A stretch of 59,385 nucleotides of DNA, filler included, from Dugesia japonica (lineage: Eukaryota): assembly GCA_001938525.1 (NCBI GenBank). It is 5 parts of 5 records of this genome, joined end to end, with 100 filler letters (N's around TTAATTAATTAA, not from the genome) between each part and the next. Parts side by side here need not be neighbours in the genome. Positions count along the whole stretch, not along the records: positions 1 to 13,489 come from MQRL01638171.1; positions 13,590 to 22,861 come from MQRL01591794.1; 3 more parts are not named here. One strand, 5' to 3'. Made by a program: the position numbers and the translations under genes. A model generated the notes under the pieces. That model worked only from the letters and a program-made list of their open reading frames with translations, did not search any database and had not been told where the DNA came from. Positions 1-13,654 of this stretch are shown piece by piece (the stretch's first letter is position 1; every line of letters begins with the position of its first letter).

Positions 1-110
1 TTATTATAATATAATACCTTACGCGCATATAATTTTCTTATTAAAAATTTGGAGTCAGATTAAATAATTAAATAGTTAATTGTTATTTATACCCACAAGA
101 TCTAACAAAT

Positions 111-128
111 TGGTGAGCGCGACGTGAT
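111..128 (+). promoter_or_regulatory. tRNA-Trp-type primer binding site of an LTR retrotransposon; LTR 3' end ...TCTAACA at 107
   Basis: TGGTGAGCGCGACGTGAT matches the tRNA-Trp PBS TGGTGACCCCGACGTGAT at 16/18 positions. It lies 3 nt after ...AACA and precedes a gag-like frame. Confidence 0.7.
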
Positions 129-267
129 AAAAAATTTATCAGTGGGACACAGTAAATTTTCAAAATTATTCTCAGAAACGGAAAAGTAATGAATTTTCAA
201 GAAATGGAAGCGAATAATAATAATAATGATAACAATAATAGAGCACCAGTCGCAAATGTAATGCATA

Positions 268-390
268 ATTTTCCAACGTCCAGTTAAGGTATACAGCGGA
301 AATCCTGGTGAATTTCCAGAATTCATGTCAGTATATTACCAATTAGCAAGAGCATACGGATGGAACGATGTGGCGATGATCCGGATTCTT
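268..390 (+). mobile_element. Ty3/gypsy gag N-terminal fragment
   Basis: Translates FQRPVKVYSGNPGEFPEFMSVYYQLARAYGWNDVAMIRIL (gag-like xxSG...F...A.A.GW pattern) downstream of the PBS. It is cut off by an opposite-strand pol fragment. Confidence 0.55.
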
Positions 391-1095
391 GAAATCATAT
401 CTACATTATCATGTGCTGTACCTTTTCTAAATTCCATCTTTATATCCAGGCTACTCAAATAATTGATCCATGTCTTTAATTGTCTTTAAAACCTTTTCCA
501 ATACAATATAGTGTGTTTCCATAGAATCAATAAAAATCAAAATGTCATCTGAATATACCATTACACCATTCTTCTACATCTCTTTTAATATCTTATTCAG
601 CAATTCTTGGAATGTTCCAGGAGCTGCTACAATGCTGAATGATATTCTATTAAAAGAAAATTGACCTCCCTTTGTTGTAAAGTCAGTATTTTGCTATTCC
701 TTATCAAGCCTTACTTGGTAATAAGCGTTGCCTAGATCAATAGACCTAAAGTATTTAGCACCATATAATGTATCCAAAATCTCTTCGACATTTGTCATAA
801 GGAATGCTTGTCTTTTAGTAATTTGATTCAATTTTCTAAACTCTAGACACAATCTGATATCTTTCTTTTCTATTCTCCATACGCATATTAAAGGTAAATT
901 CCAAAATGTATTGCATCTCCTGATCATACCATTGTCCTCAAAATTTTTTAAAACCTCATTTACTTTTCTTTCTACATTTACAGGCTGCATTCTTATATTA
1001 TTGGTCCTCCATTCGTTTTAATCTTATGTTCAATTAAAGCCGTGCATCCAATATCCCACTTCTCTGCCATGAAGACATTTTTATTTCTTTGCGCG
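388..1095 (-). mobile_element. Ty3/gypsy pol relic (RT fused by deletion to the end of RNase H)
   Basis: ORF 694-990 has DIRLCLEFRKLN and AKYFRSIDLGNAYYQV, followed by APGTFQ and VYSDDIL. It then jumps to TWINYLSSLDIKMEFRKGTAHDNVDMISR. Stops and frameshifts are present. Confidence 0.9.
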
Positions 1096-1778
1096 ATTTC
1101 AGTTAATCTTATTTTTGNNNNNNNNNNNNNNNNNNNNNNNNNNNNNNNNNNNNNNNNNNNNNNNNNNNNNNNNNNNNNNNNNNNNNNNNNNNNNNNNNNN
1201 NNNNNNNNNNNNNNNNNNNNNNNNNNNNNNNNNNNNNNNNNNNNNNNNNNNNNNNNNNNNNNNNNNNNNNNNNNNNNNNNNNNNNNNNNNNNNNNNNNNT
1301 CTCAATGCAACTATTCATTTGTTTAAGTAATTTGAAGAAATTGAAATCATGTTAAACAAAAGTTTGATAACATAAATACCATTGACTAATTAGCTTCTGT
1401 TTAGTAATGTCAAGAAAGTCGTCCCAAAAACTTGAGATGAGCTCCTCGAAAAGCAAGCTAGAATAAGAGCCAAGGTAAAGAATATCTTAAAAATCTGTGC
1501 GAGTCACAAGAAGAAAGTCGACAATTGAATTGAAGAATAAGACTACGCGACCGAGTGAAAGATAGTCGCAGAAGGGAGTCTATCATATAGATGGAATAAT
1601 ATTTATGGGAAGGGAGCCTACCGTATGCTTTTGGAGTTGTTCAAAAGTTACGCGGACAAAGAATTTTCTGTCTTAGAGAATAGGAAAGCTAATGGATAAG
1701 AGTTTAATAAGCGATTGATAGTAGTAACAATCATTTCGATTATCGAAAAAGAGGTGTTTAAAAAGGATTGAAATGTAA

Positions 1779-1848
1779 TTATTAAATGAAAGTTGAACGT
1801 TAATATATATATATATATAAATATAAACGTTCAACATTCATTTAATAA
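1779..1848. repeat. Short inverted repeat flanking a (TA)n tract
   Basis: TTATTAAATGAAAGTTGAACGTT ... AACGTTCAACATTCATTTAATAA: 23-nt arms with 1 mismatch. Confidence 0.8.
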
Positions 1849-3146
1849 AGAGTGGTCGTAATCATCAGATAAACTAAATAATTAAAAGGAGATGATGATA
1901 ATACATATATTACTGGACATTAACATCGATACGGCTTTCAAAAGAATGGTTATTAGAAAGACCGGCATGAACCGAATAGATGACCAGTGTACGAGACACT
2001 GTCAAATCTTTGAGGGCTTCGGGGTATCTACTCTTAAAGTGTCAATTAAAGAAGAAAGAAACAAATTAAAGTAAACCAAGGTTGAGTAACTGGAAAGAAA
2101 AGTTCTTATAATTTCGAATCCTAATAAATTGAAATCATAGTTTATGGTGTCTTTAATGCATGCATAATTTTTTCATTTTAAATTAATGACCTAAAAGATC
2201 ACCAAATTATCAAGAAAACAAACTGGTGATCAACGCATTAAACTATAATTCTAATTCATACCAAGTATGCTCATTCATTTATTGCAAAAAGACTATACAA
2301 GGTTTCAAAGCAGCGAAGATTTACTCTGAGCACATTACTAATATCATCGCATTTCATCAAATGTCTCGAGAGTGTTCTCTTCTTCGACATCGTCATCTAT
2401 ATACTGAACAAGCCTCGGCACTGTATTCTCACATCGTGTCGCTATTAATTTGGATTTTTTTAGTGCTCTACTTCACTCGGGTGCTATTCTATTGCATTGG
2501 TGGGTATCGAAGATGGTACGTCATCTCGATGTTTTTTCGACTGTGTAAGTTGCTTCAATCGAATCTCTTTTCTCCGCCGTAGATCCATAAATTTTTCTTC
2601 TAAATCTTGAAGTAACTACTTCACCTGAGAGAATCAGTGCCAATCTCATCAAGAGTATCCCATAAATTTGACATTGCATTAATAGGTCGTTCATTGGAAA
2701 ACAAACTACTAAGATCACCCTTGGGAATAATTCGTCTCGCCACTTTAGATTATATATCTGAACAAGCATATTTGATTTATCATTATTAAAAAGAAGAGAG
2801 CTAAGATAAAAGAGTTAAAAACGATAACATTTAAGTGAGTTTATCTCGAATCACATAAATTAACATTACGACGAATTCAATTTGAGTGATACTACGACTT
2901 CCACTATAATGGTTACGAAAAGATAACCAAGTTCTGTAGTTGCTAACCGGAAGTACCACATTTCGGAAATATTCGTAATGACGTGGCGTTTTTATCAATT
3001 GGAATGACGATTTTGAAATCAGTAGTTCGGATAATTTTCACAATAAAGTTAACAGTAAAATTAAAGGAAAGTCTCATAATAAGAAAATTATCACTACCGT
3101 TAATAAAATTCATATTAATATTAAATATAATAATATTTAAAATAAT

Positions 3147-3149
<3 letters not shown>

Positions 3150-3193
<44 letters not shown>
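3150..3193. repeat. (AAT)n microsatellite running into a gap
   Basis: Direct reading. Similar tracts occur at 5880-5924, 6370-6560, 13590-13650, 22962-22995 and 59348-59385. Confidence 0.95.
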
Positions 3194-5879
3194 NNNNNNN
3201 NNNNNNNNNNNNNNNNNNNNNNNNNNNNNNNNNNNNNNNNNNNAAATCATAATAGTACAGCTACTTATAAATGCATCTATTGATAGTAGTAGAATTTTAA
3301 TAATGATTTTTATCATGATATTCTTAAAAAAATAATAACCAATAGCAACTTAATTATCCCTAGCAGAAATTTTATTAATCGTCCTATTAGTTCTTATCAG
3401 ATTAATCATTACTGTTCAAGAAATTTATTAATGGGAAATCTAAATAAAAATAACTAATTTGCGATATATAGATAAAATTATAATTGATTGTAGCATTACA
3501 TTAATAAATATCATGTAAACAAAAATTTAATATCTTACAATACTAAATTTGTATACAAATCAAAACTGAAAGAACAAGAGATCTATCATCACCTTATTCC
3601 ATATTTCAGTCTTAATCGCTGGCCAATACCCTTTTCCAATCAACTATCAACATTTAAAAAAATTCCTTCATTTCGTATCATTCATATTGCTATACCAACA
3701 GTTGTATTTAATAAATAATACTAGTTAGTCTCGCGGTATCTCGTGAACCAATGTCTCTATTTCATCAATTAACATATTTATCTCTGGTTCATCAAGCTCT
3801 TCTTTATTGAGAAAATATCAGCTCCTATCTTTCCCTCTGGTTTATCATAAAACGATCAGTTCATTTTATTATATCTTCTATATCAAACAACTTTCATTAT
3901 ATCTTTATGGATTATTTTTCAGTTATTAGGGTGAATGTATATAAATAATCAGTGTACAACGTAAAAATAAAAAACAATAATTACTTTGGATTTTACGCTG
4001 GAGATTTTTCAATTATTTAAAACACTTCATCTTCTAATGGAATCATAATATTAGATTTAGTAACTTCCGTAATCACAAAATACATGATACTGTTAAACAC
4101 TGTTTCAATATACCTTTAAAATATCTAAAAGATTTTAAAAAGTGAGAAAAAATAGATTTCGTTTTCAATTTCAATGTTGTTTATATAGTATCTTTTTATT
4201 TGCTGGATGGTGTATTAAACTATTTTTGACATATCAGTATATAAATACTCTTAGAAAATCTGTGATGTATTACCTGTAAGACATACTTACCTCTGAGTTA
4301 TCTAAATTCATATTAACAAATAACGAATAATTAATAATATTTATTCTNNNNNNNNNNNNNNNNNNNNNNNNNNNNNNNNNNNNNNNNNNNNNNNNNNNNN
4401 NNNNNNNNNNNNNNNNNNNNNNNNNNNNNNNNNACGATATATTACAGAAAAATTACTTACACAAATTCTTATACAATAAAAATGAAAATAACGTACAAAG
4501 ATATTAACCGAAATATTTGCCAAATATTAAATCCAAAAATACTCTTAATTTGAATTTCGCACGCTTTTAAATCTCCTTTTAAAACAATAACTCAATTAAA
4601 ACACTCACAAAATTTTCTATTTATTATTAATTTTCCTCACATTACATGGCCACACTTACAGAAAGTTGTGGATCGATAATATCAACAAGATCATTCTTGT
4701 GCCAGTTTCATTGTTATTGCTTCATTGTGATTTTTATTTTNNTACAAAAAATAANTTNGCTAACTCACTTTTGTCTAGTGATATTTTTATGGTTAGCCNG
4801 TAACAATTAATTCGTTTTCATTATTTCAAGTATATTATTTACAAAGTTACTGAACCGATAACCATTTATTGTTACCTACAAAAAATCATATGGCAGTTCT
4901 GTAGTTATTACTGCATTGTTCATTTTTTTCTCCAAATAATGCAGTATATGGGCCGGTGATGATTTTATTGTTGAAACTATACTAGGCATGTGCCGTCAAC
5001 ATTTCAAAATCAGTGAACTGGTGTATATTTTCTTGAATATAAGATTTTACGTTCACTGGATTGGCGCGAAAAGTTTTAAATTTTTAATATGTATAATAAT
5101 AATATTTATCATAATAATAAATTAATCATATTTTCTTAAAATAATGAATCCGAAATTTTGGACAAATAACATAAAAATATAAAATAGTATAGAAAAGATA
5201 ATAAATAATATAAAAGAAAATAATGAAACTACTCATAATTGATAAATATTGGCTTCTAAAGTTCACAACGTAAATATAATTGTATTAATAAATTGGCAAT
5301 AAAATGCAAAATTGAAAATTAGTAAAATTCTTAGGAATAAACTGCAAATTGAATATAATAGAATTATATCATGAAAAGTCATTAAAGCTGCATTTAGTTT
5401 AGTTATTAAAAGTATAGAAGGTAACAAATAAACAATAATGAAAGAAAATATGGATTAAAATATAAAATAAATTAGATTAATTAATAATATAAAAATAATT
5501 AAAATGTATAAAATAATAAAAGGTTTACCTCGAAAGTTGGCGAGCATGGCCGCCGATAGAAGAATTTAAAATAATGGAAGTATTTATAACATTTTGAGTA
5601 ATAGGTTAATGGACATGGATCGAAGCAGAGTGACAAAGGTGGTGTGAGAGACCCATAATCGATCTTTGCCATGTAGTAATCTTTACATCTTCTTTGATAA
5701 GAGTCAAAAGGGCTTTGTTATCCAAATTTGAAAAACTTCCTCCTCAAATTTCAGATAGATAAAATTCACATTCTTGGACTTTCGGAACTATCTTTGACAT
5801 TTATTTAGTGACAATCCAGAATCTGAATAAACAGATGAAATATTTTCTTATTTTTAAGCTTTTTATAATATTTTTCGGA

Positions 5880-5924
<45 letters not shown>

Positions 5925-6248
5925 NNNNNNNNNNNNNNNNNNNNNNNNNNNNNNNNNNNNNNNNNNNNNNNNNNNNNNNNNNNNNNNNNNNNNNNNNNNN
6001 NNNNNNNNNNNNNNNNNNNNNNNNTTATCATTTTTATTATGAACTTTAAAAAAAGCAGATAAAAGTGGCTTATTTAAAGAATTGAAAATTTCTTGATATT
6101 TGTTTAACTGTTAATAAAACAAAGTTTATTTTCTGCATCAATTTTTATCTTAATTGTACTTGATTTTTCTAATAGCAGGAAACAAATATGATATAATTAT
6201 AACAACAATTTTCTGAAATTCATTCAAAATAAAATCTTTTAAATAAAT

Positions 6249-6382
6249 ATGGAAAATATGTTTACTCAATTACTACTAGGTTATATTTATTTAATTTATT
6301 TCTTAATTTATAAATTTGACTTTAATTATTTTTACACGTTAGTAATTTACTACGAAATATTAAAAATTATTGTTATTATTAC

Positions 6383-6438
<56 letters not shown>

Positions 6439-6488
6439 NNNNNNNNNNNNNNNNNNNNNNNNNNNNNNNNNNNNNNNNNNNNNNNNNN

Positions 6489-6542
<54 letters not shown>

Positions 6543-6925
6543 CATTATTATTATTATTTATTTTAAACTTCGAACTTTTATAATTTAGTATTTGTTCTAT
6601 GTTTTTCTACTGCATTTTCTGGCTTAGAGAAACGGATTATTGGAGGAGAAGAAGCCCCTCCTGATAAATATAGATGGGCTGTCTCAATTAAAGGAAATGT
6701 TGATGCTTTGAAAAGAAGTGGTGCTTGTGGAGCATCAATTTTGAAAACAGAAGGACATGTTTATTGGCTTCTTACGGCTGCACACTGCTTTTTTCCAACA
6801 GATGGAGTTAATGTTTATAAGTAAAAATAATGTTTTTAACTAAAGAAAATGTAACAATAATATGACAACCTAGCTTAACAAAAGGAGAATATTGGCATGC
6901 ACGCGTTGGATTAATGAAAGTTGAT
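6249..6925 (+). CDS. Secreted trypsin-like (S1A) serine protease, exons 1-3 (6249-6279, 6589-6820, 6874-6925); 3' part not found
   Basis: Spliced translation: [26 protein letters not shown]|[20 protein letters not shown]...GACGASIL...[10 protein letters not shown]...YWHARVG. This gives a signal peptide, an R|IIGG activation site and the TAAHC catalytic His motif. Introns are GT-AG with matching phases (1 and 2). Confidence 0.9.
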
Positions 6926-7780
6926 GTAAGAATTTATTTTATAAAAATTTTTATATATTGTTCAAGTTATTCAAATAATTGTTATCTAAAAGAAAAGCGT
7001 AAATTTGAAAACCAGTAATATTCATCTTGTGTAAATTATTTATTGAATCCCAATAAAAACACATTACCAGTCAAAATTAAGACACCACGAATATTTCAAG
7101 AAAAATATATAGTTTTTATAAAAGAATAACGGTTTTCATAAACAGAGGCTTTAAAAAAATATTTGTCATTGTTTTAAATTTTTTATAAAACAGCTGTTAA
7201 CATTGATAAATAAGAATACATTTTTAGGCATAGAATTGTTCATTGGTTTTAATCCATTTTTATACTAATTTTAATTCAATTTTTGAATGATTTAATCAAA
7301 TTTCTAAATACTGATACAGCAAAACGGTAAATATTTTGTGTAAATATAGCAAGCAAAACTAATAGATTCAAAAAATTTAATAAAAAAGCTTTTCGTTTAA
7401 AAAATTATAACTCAAAAATTTTCCCTTTTAAAATTTTTCTGAAAATCCCAGAAAATTCATTAAAAACTTGAAACAAAATAATTATTTAATTTAAAAGTCT
7501 TAATTAAATAAAATTTTCTTTCCGCAATATTCATATGCATGTAGTAATAGGGAAATCTTGAATAAAGTTTTCTGATATTTACTGTGATTTTATCGTTTGC
7601 ATTTCTTTTAAAGTTTCAATAAATTGAAAAGATTAGATCTATTAGTTAAATTCAAAATCTCACAACTCTCCATAAATGTTATTAATTATTACAAGTTTTT
7701 TTATTAAAATAAATGCTGAAGAAAAATTCACAGTATTCAAACAAATAATCTAATAAATTTTAATAAAATATTTTTTTACT

Positions 7781-7976
7781 TTTATTTTACATGTATCTTT
7801 AATTTTTATAAACCTAGTTTTATAAAATAATTTTTATAGTTTTATAATTTTACATAATATAAAATATCGGTTTTAATTTTGAAATTATTTTATTTTGCAT
7901 GTATCTTAAATTATTTTTAAACATAAGTTTACAAAATAATTTTTATAATTTAATAATTTTACATAATATATAATAT
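7781..7976. repeat. Two degenerate ~108-nt tandem units, probably LTR-internal
   Basis: TTTTATTTT(A/G)CATGTATCTT...TAATTTTACATAATAT occurs twice, next to the 3' end of a gypsy pol. Confidence 0.6.
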
Positions 7977-8104
7977 ATAGAATTTATTCAATTAATTTAT
8001 ATTTTAAAAAGACTTGTTTTATATTTTAAAAGTTTCAAAAAACCAATTTTAATATTATACATAAAAATTAAAAAAATCTGAGATATTTGAAATCCACGAA
8101 TCAC

Positions 8105-10362
8105 TCTTTAAAATTTTTTCCACATTTCCTTCGATCATCTTGCTTTCTGAACTCTTCAGCAGGTATCGTATTTCATGAATCTATTTTATCACCTGCATAT
8201 CTTTCTTTGTCTTTTGATCTGCCTTCTACTTTGATTAACACCTTGTCCACAACTTGAAAATGTCTCTTTGTAGATGTCAACTCTTCAATTTTTTTATTCT
8301 TTTCTCCATTATTAAATCATCTTTCTCTATGTATCTTCTTACCGAATATCATTTGTGCTGGACTTATTCTCAAAAACTTCTTACTTGTTGCATCTAGTGT
8401 ATATTCAATTTCTGGAACTAACTCTGCTTAATGTTTTTTATCTTTCTATCTTTTAATACTGCATTGATGTAATCTCTTACTTTGTTCATTTGCCACGCTG
8501 TACATTTTTTAATTACTTTTGACACAGTTTCTCTCAAATCTTCCATATCATATTTTGTTTTAAATAATTTATCACTTTTTCCGTGCTTGCATGCACCAAT
8601 AACTTATGCATTTCTTTTACCATTTGAATTTTATTTTTTGACGGGATCCATATTTTGCCGTCTTTTGTTTTTATTATATCTTCTATTAATCCAAACTGTT
8701 TAGATGTTCCATTTTTCATATCATTCTTTATCTGTTCAATTTCGTCTACGTTACTTTGCCATTTATATGTATCTGAACATGATATACCATTAATTGTTCT
8801 TGTTTTTATTTCTCCTTCCTTTGGATTCTCATGATCTGTTAAGCATTGTACACACGTACCACAATTCATTCTCCACAGCATATCTGCATTCGTGTGTTTC
8901 GCACCTTGTCTAAATTCCAAAACCATATCTAGGCTACTAAGAAAATTCATCCAAGTCTGAAATTGCGGATTATTTGGCTTGTTTGTCTTTTTCATAAATG
9001 CTTTTGCCTTGTGATCTGTTCTCACCAAAAATTTTTTTCCATGCAAATAATGTTTAAAATGATTACAAAAATAGTAAATAACCAATAATTCTTTTTTGTT
9101 ATACAATATCTTTTTTCATGAGCTGACCAATATGCAATGACTTGTTCTGAACCCCTTTCATTTATTTGCGATAAAACTGCTCCGATCACATTAAAACTTG
9201 CCTCTGTATCTAGTACAAACATCTTTTTGATATCTGGAAAACTCAATATCGGTGCTTTTGTTAATGCCTCTTCCATCTCATTAAAAGCTTTATCACAACT
9301 TTCAGACCACAGTTTTGTATTATTACTTTCACATAGCTCTTCCAAGCTTCTAGCTTTCGTTGAGTAATTATTGATAAACCGTCTATAATAATTGCATATT
9401 CCAAAAAAGCTTCTCAAGTTCTTCACACATTTAAGTCTTCCAAAATTTTGTATCACTTCAATTTTTGTTGGATCAATTTGAACTCCATTTTTGTGTTTGA
9501 CATGTCCTAAAGANNNNNNNNNNNNNNNNNNNNNNNNNNNNNNNNNNNNNNNNNNNNNNNNNNNNNNNNNNCTTGGTCTAAAATTCTATTGTGCTGGTCT
9601 AAATTTTCTGAAAATATCAATATATTATCCATATATACCATTGTTCTTCTCCATCTTCCTTAAACTTTTGTCATTAATTATTGAAACGTTCCAGGTGCTA
9701 CAGCTATTCCAAAAGGTATTCTTGTAAAACAATACTGTCCATCTTTTGTAGAGAATGCTGTTTTCTCTTTTGAATCTTTATGTAACGGAACTTGATAATA
9801 TGCATTACCCAAATCAATAGTACTAAAATATCTTGCACCACTCAAATTGTCTAGTATTTCCTCTATATTGGGTGTCGAAAATGCCTGTCTTTCTGTGATT
9901 GCATTCAGTTTTCTAAAATATAGACATAATCTAACGTCTTTTCTTTCTTTTTTCCAAACACATATTAACGGAGTGTTCTATTGCGAATTACACTTACTAA
10001 ATATGCCATTTTCAAACAAATTCTTGATAGCTTCATCTATCTTGTTCCCTAAATGCATTGGTTGCCTCTATGGTTTTGTATTAATTGGTTCTCCATTTGT
10101 GATTATTTGAGGTTCTCCCATTGTTGTTCTGCCGATATCCCGGTTGTCTGCTATGAATATTCCTTTATGAATCATTATAAATTCCTCTAAATTCTCATTT
10201 GGCTTGTTAATCCATATTTTTATTGCTCTCTGTACTCTCTCTTCAGCCGTTGTATTACGTCCATACTTTGCTTCTATGTTATAAAGATACATTTCATTAT
10301 TCTTATATTTAGTCTCTCTCAACAGTTGGAATCCAAACTGTTTCTGTAATTCTATTCCTCCT
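8105..10362 (-). mobile_element. Ty3/gypsy pol relic A (end of PR, RT, RNase H, partly deleted integrase)
   Basis: Motifs: DVRLCLYFRKLN, RYFSTIDLGNAYYQV, LRSFFGICNYYRRFI, FVLDTEAS, KELLVIYYFCNHFKHYLHGKKFLVRTDHK, HTNADML, HKLLVH, then integrase C-terminal sequence. Frameshifted. Confidence 0.92.
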
Positions 10363-10364
10363 GA

Positions 10365-11420
10365 TGTGCGTTCAACAATCTTGATTCATATACAATAACA
10401 ACTTCCATGTCATGTTGTGATTGGTTCAGTACAGCACTGATTCCTGAAAAACTGGCATCAGTATCCAGAATGAATTGACTTCTTAATTAGGATACTCCAA
10501 TACTAGACAGTTAAAAAGGGAATCTTTGATTTTCGCGAAACTCATCTCAAATTCCATTGTCCACGCTATCTTGTGCTTTTGACCTTCGGTAGCAGCATAA
10601 AAAGGTGTAATAAGTTGCGATAATTCGTTATAAATTTCCATCAATAATTTGCCATTCTAAGAAAAGATCGCAACTGTTTAGTACAATTTCAAAATTTCCG
10701 CATTAAAAATCTCCTTGGCTTTCTCCGATTTTGATGTTAATCCAAATTTGTTTATGGTATGGACCAAAAACGCAAGCTTATCTTGATATAGTTTATATTT
10801 GTCTGGATTTACTTTAAGACCATATGTTTGAATTCTTTAAAATACTTTTGATAGAATACAATCATGTTCCTTCCGATTTTTTGCAAAGATTTGACTATCA
10901 TTGATATAACCTAGAACGCCTTTAAATAAAATATCTGACAGAATTGTATGCATTAACTTTTGAAACGTAGCCGGAGCAGTTGATAAGTCAAATGGCATGC
11001 GATTATAACACTACTGACCTTAATTTGTAAAACAAGCAGTTTGAATTTTATCCTCCTCCTCTAGTTTGACTTGATAATACGCTTGACATATATCTAGTGT
11101 TGAGAATAGGGTACACTCATTAAGATGATCGAAAACATTTTGAGGATTTGACAAAGAAAACGAAAGTTTATGAATTGCTTGATTCAATAATCTATAATCC
11201 TGACACATAGCTCCGTTCGCGTTGCTTACAGTCACCGTAGGTGAGTTCCATGGGATACTGCATTCTTTTATAATTCCACTTTTAACAAGCGTTTTAATCA
11301 TGTCATCAATCTTGTCTTCTAAATGTAAAGTTTGCCGTCTTGGCTGCTGTAAAATAGNATTGCCCGTTATTCTGATAGAAAGTTTTCCTAGATATGCTAA
11401 CCCCAATCAAACGTATGTGT
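10365..11420 (-). mobile_element. Ty3/gypsy pol relic B (RT and start of RNase H)
   Basis: Motifs: PWNSP, MCQDYRLLN, FSTLDICQAYYQV, RMPFDLSTAPATFQ, FILDTDASFSGISAVL. Several stops. Confidence 0.88.
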
Positions 11421-11839
11421 TGAGTATTTCTACGCAACAAAAGACTTTATGGTTCGTTAAAAAATTGGGTGTTCTAGATGTTATATTTTTTGAGTATGAT
11501 AATAAATGTATGTCAATACAATATTATGTAGATATAATATATTACTGAAAATTTTATAAATATGATTATGAGATATTTCTTAAATGTGATATTTCAAAAT
11601 ACCGTTGACATGTTTTGATAAAAATCTCAANAAATTTGCCGACCATCTCGACATCTTTGGCAGTAATCTTTCGACCAATGGGTCAACTGGCGTAGTTACC
11701 ATGTTAACTTGATTAAACTCTGAACTAAAATTCATCAACTTAATTATTAATTCAAAAATTTAAATTAAAATTAATGATATTGAATTAATGTTTAATATGT
11801 TTGTTTTAATATTCTGATTTTCAATTTAGCAAAGTTTTT

Positions 11840-13350
11840 GAAGTCGTGAATGTAAAAACCAAAGAAGAAACAGTGAAAGTACAAGTCACAGAGATTTCAC
11901 AAATATATATTTAAACATATGTGGCTCATTAAAGAAGACGACGAGACAGATAAAGTATATCCTCGGAATAATAGACCAATGTAGCAAGTAAATGGTTTTG
12001 GTAGCAATCCGCAAGCAAGATGAGAACAAATTCCAGAAAGTTATTTCGCATAATTGGCTGCTCAATTTTGATTGCCCAAAACGCATTCACGTGGACTGTG
12101 GACAGTCTTTCGAGTCGAAGGCAATGGACGAATTCTCCAAGAGATGGGACGTAGAATTATGTTTATCAAGCCTGTAACACCATAATATGAATGAGCAAAT
12201 CAAGAGACAGTTCGGGACAGTACGGGATTTGTCAAATGTCACATTAGAAGACAGAAAGAGTAAAGATTGAACCGAATTACTGCCAGAAGTAGAATTGGCA
12301 TTAAATTTGACTTTACACGAGTCTATAAATACTAATCCAGTGGAATTAATCTTTGGGTAATAAATAGCAAGGGAAAACTGGAACCAACAGGTAACAGAGA
12401 AGACGGCACCAAAGATGACAACCGAAAGGACTTTTAAAGATGGAAAGGAAGTGTTAGTAAGGACCGAAAACAGGAATAAAGACCTGGGACGTTTTAAGAA
12501 GCCTTACCAGATAGTAAAAAAAGCACACAACCAAATATACTTATTGCAGAGAGATGGCAAAAGATAAATTGAAAAGAAAATTTGAAAAAGTTAAAGAAAT
12601 TTTTTGAAGAAAGATATGAGATATTATTTAAAATTGAAAATCGGAATTAAAATAATTGATATTTGTAAGGATTAAAAATTGAAAATAGCAATTAAAAGTT
12701 TGAAGAAAATGTTTCAAAAGATTTCAAGAATTTTTTAAAATATTTAAAATGTTTGTTTAAATATTCAGCTTTTANNNNNNNNNNNNNNNNNNNNNNNNGA
12801 AGATTTGAAATTTTGTGTTATAAATAAAAGTTTATTGAATTTAATGGACTTTTCAGAAAGTTTATCAGTAACTAACAATATTGAAATAATGTTTGTTTTA
12901 ATATTCTGATTTTCATTTTAGTAAAATGTTTTAATAAATAAATTGTTTATAAATTTGAGTTCAGAGTTTAATCAAGTTTAAAATGATAATATTTTTATTC
13001 AANNNNNNNNNNNNNNNNNNNNNNNNNNNNNNNNNNNNNNNNNNNNNNNNNNAAAATGTTTCAAAAGATTTCAAGAATTTTTTAAAATATTTAAAATGTT
13101 TGTTTAAATATTCAGCTTTTAAAAACCTTGTTTTTTGGAAGATTTGAAATTTTGTGTTATAAATAAAAGTTTATTGAATTTAATGGACTTTTCAGAAAGT
13201 TTATCAGTAACTAACAATATTGAAATAATGTTTGTTTTAATATTCTGATTTTCATTTTAGTAAAATGTTTTAATAAATAAATTGTTTATAAATTTGAGTT
13301 CAGAGTTTAATCAAGTTTAAAATGATAATATTTTTATTCAACCCTCTACA
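11840..13350 (+). mobile_element. Ty3/gypsy integrase relic with purine tract and probable 3' LTR (from ~12617)
   Basis: Motifs: YILGIIDQCSK, CPKRIHVDCGQSFES, NEQIKRQFGTVRD, LPEVELALN. Purine-rich GAAGAAAGATA is followed by TGAGATA... and AT-rich LTR-like sequence. Confidence 0.8.
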
Positions 13351-13489
13351 AATAAATAACACTTATTTATAAATAATACTTTTTATGTATAGCACGATAT
13401 AATAATAATAAATCACTTTATATAATTTTTAAAAGTTACTAACTAAAAGTTACTAAAGATAACCCAAACTTAATAGTCTCACTTTGTCA

Positions 13490-13589
13490 NNNNNNNNNNN
13501 NNNNNNNNNNNNNNNNNNNNNNNNNNNNNNNNNTTAATTAATTAANNNNNNNNNNNNNNNNNNNNNNNNNNNNNNNNNNNNNNNNNNNN
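13490..13589. other. Artificial 100-nt contig spacer (44N-TTAATTAATTAA-44N)
   Basis: A six-frame stop linker centred in Ns, identical at four places. Confidence 0.95.

Positions 13590-13654
<65 letters not shown>

Noticed and set aside
2983-6588. Poly-Ile/Asn/Tyr/Leu and X-rich ORFs in the track
   Set aside because: They are translations of (AAT)n microsatellites and N gaps.
12705-13342. Near-identical ~290-nt direct repeat
   Set aside because: The copies flank a 50-N gap, so this is most likely an unmerged contig overlap.
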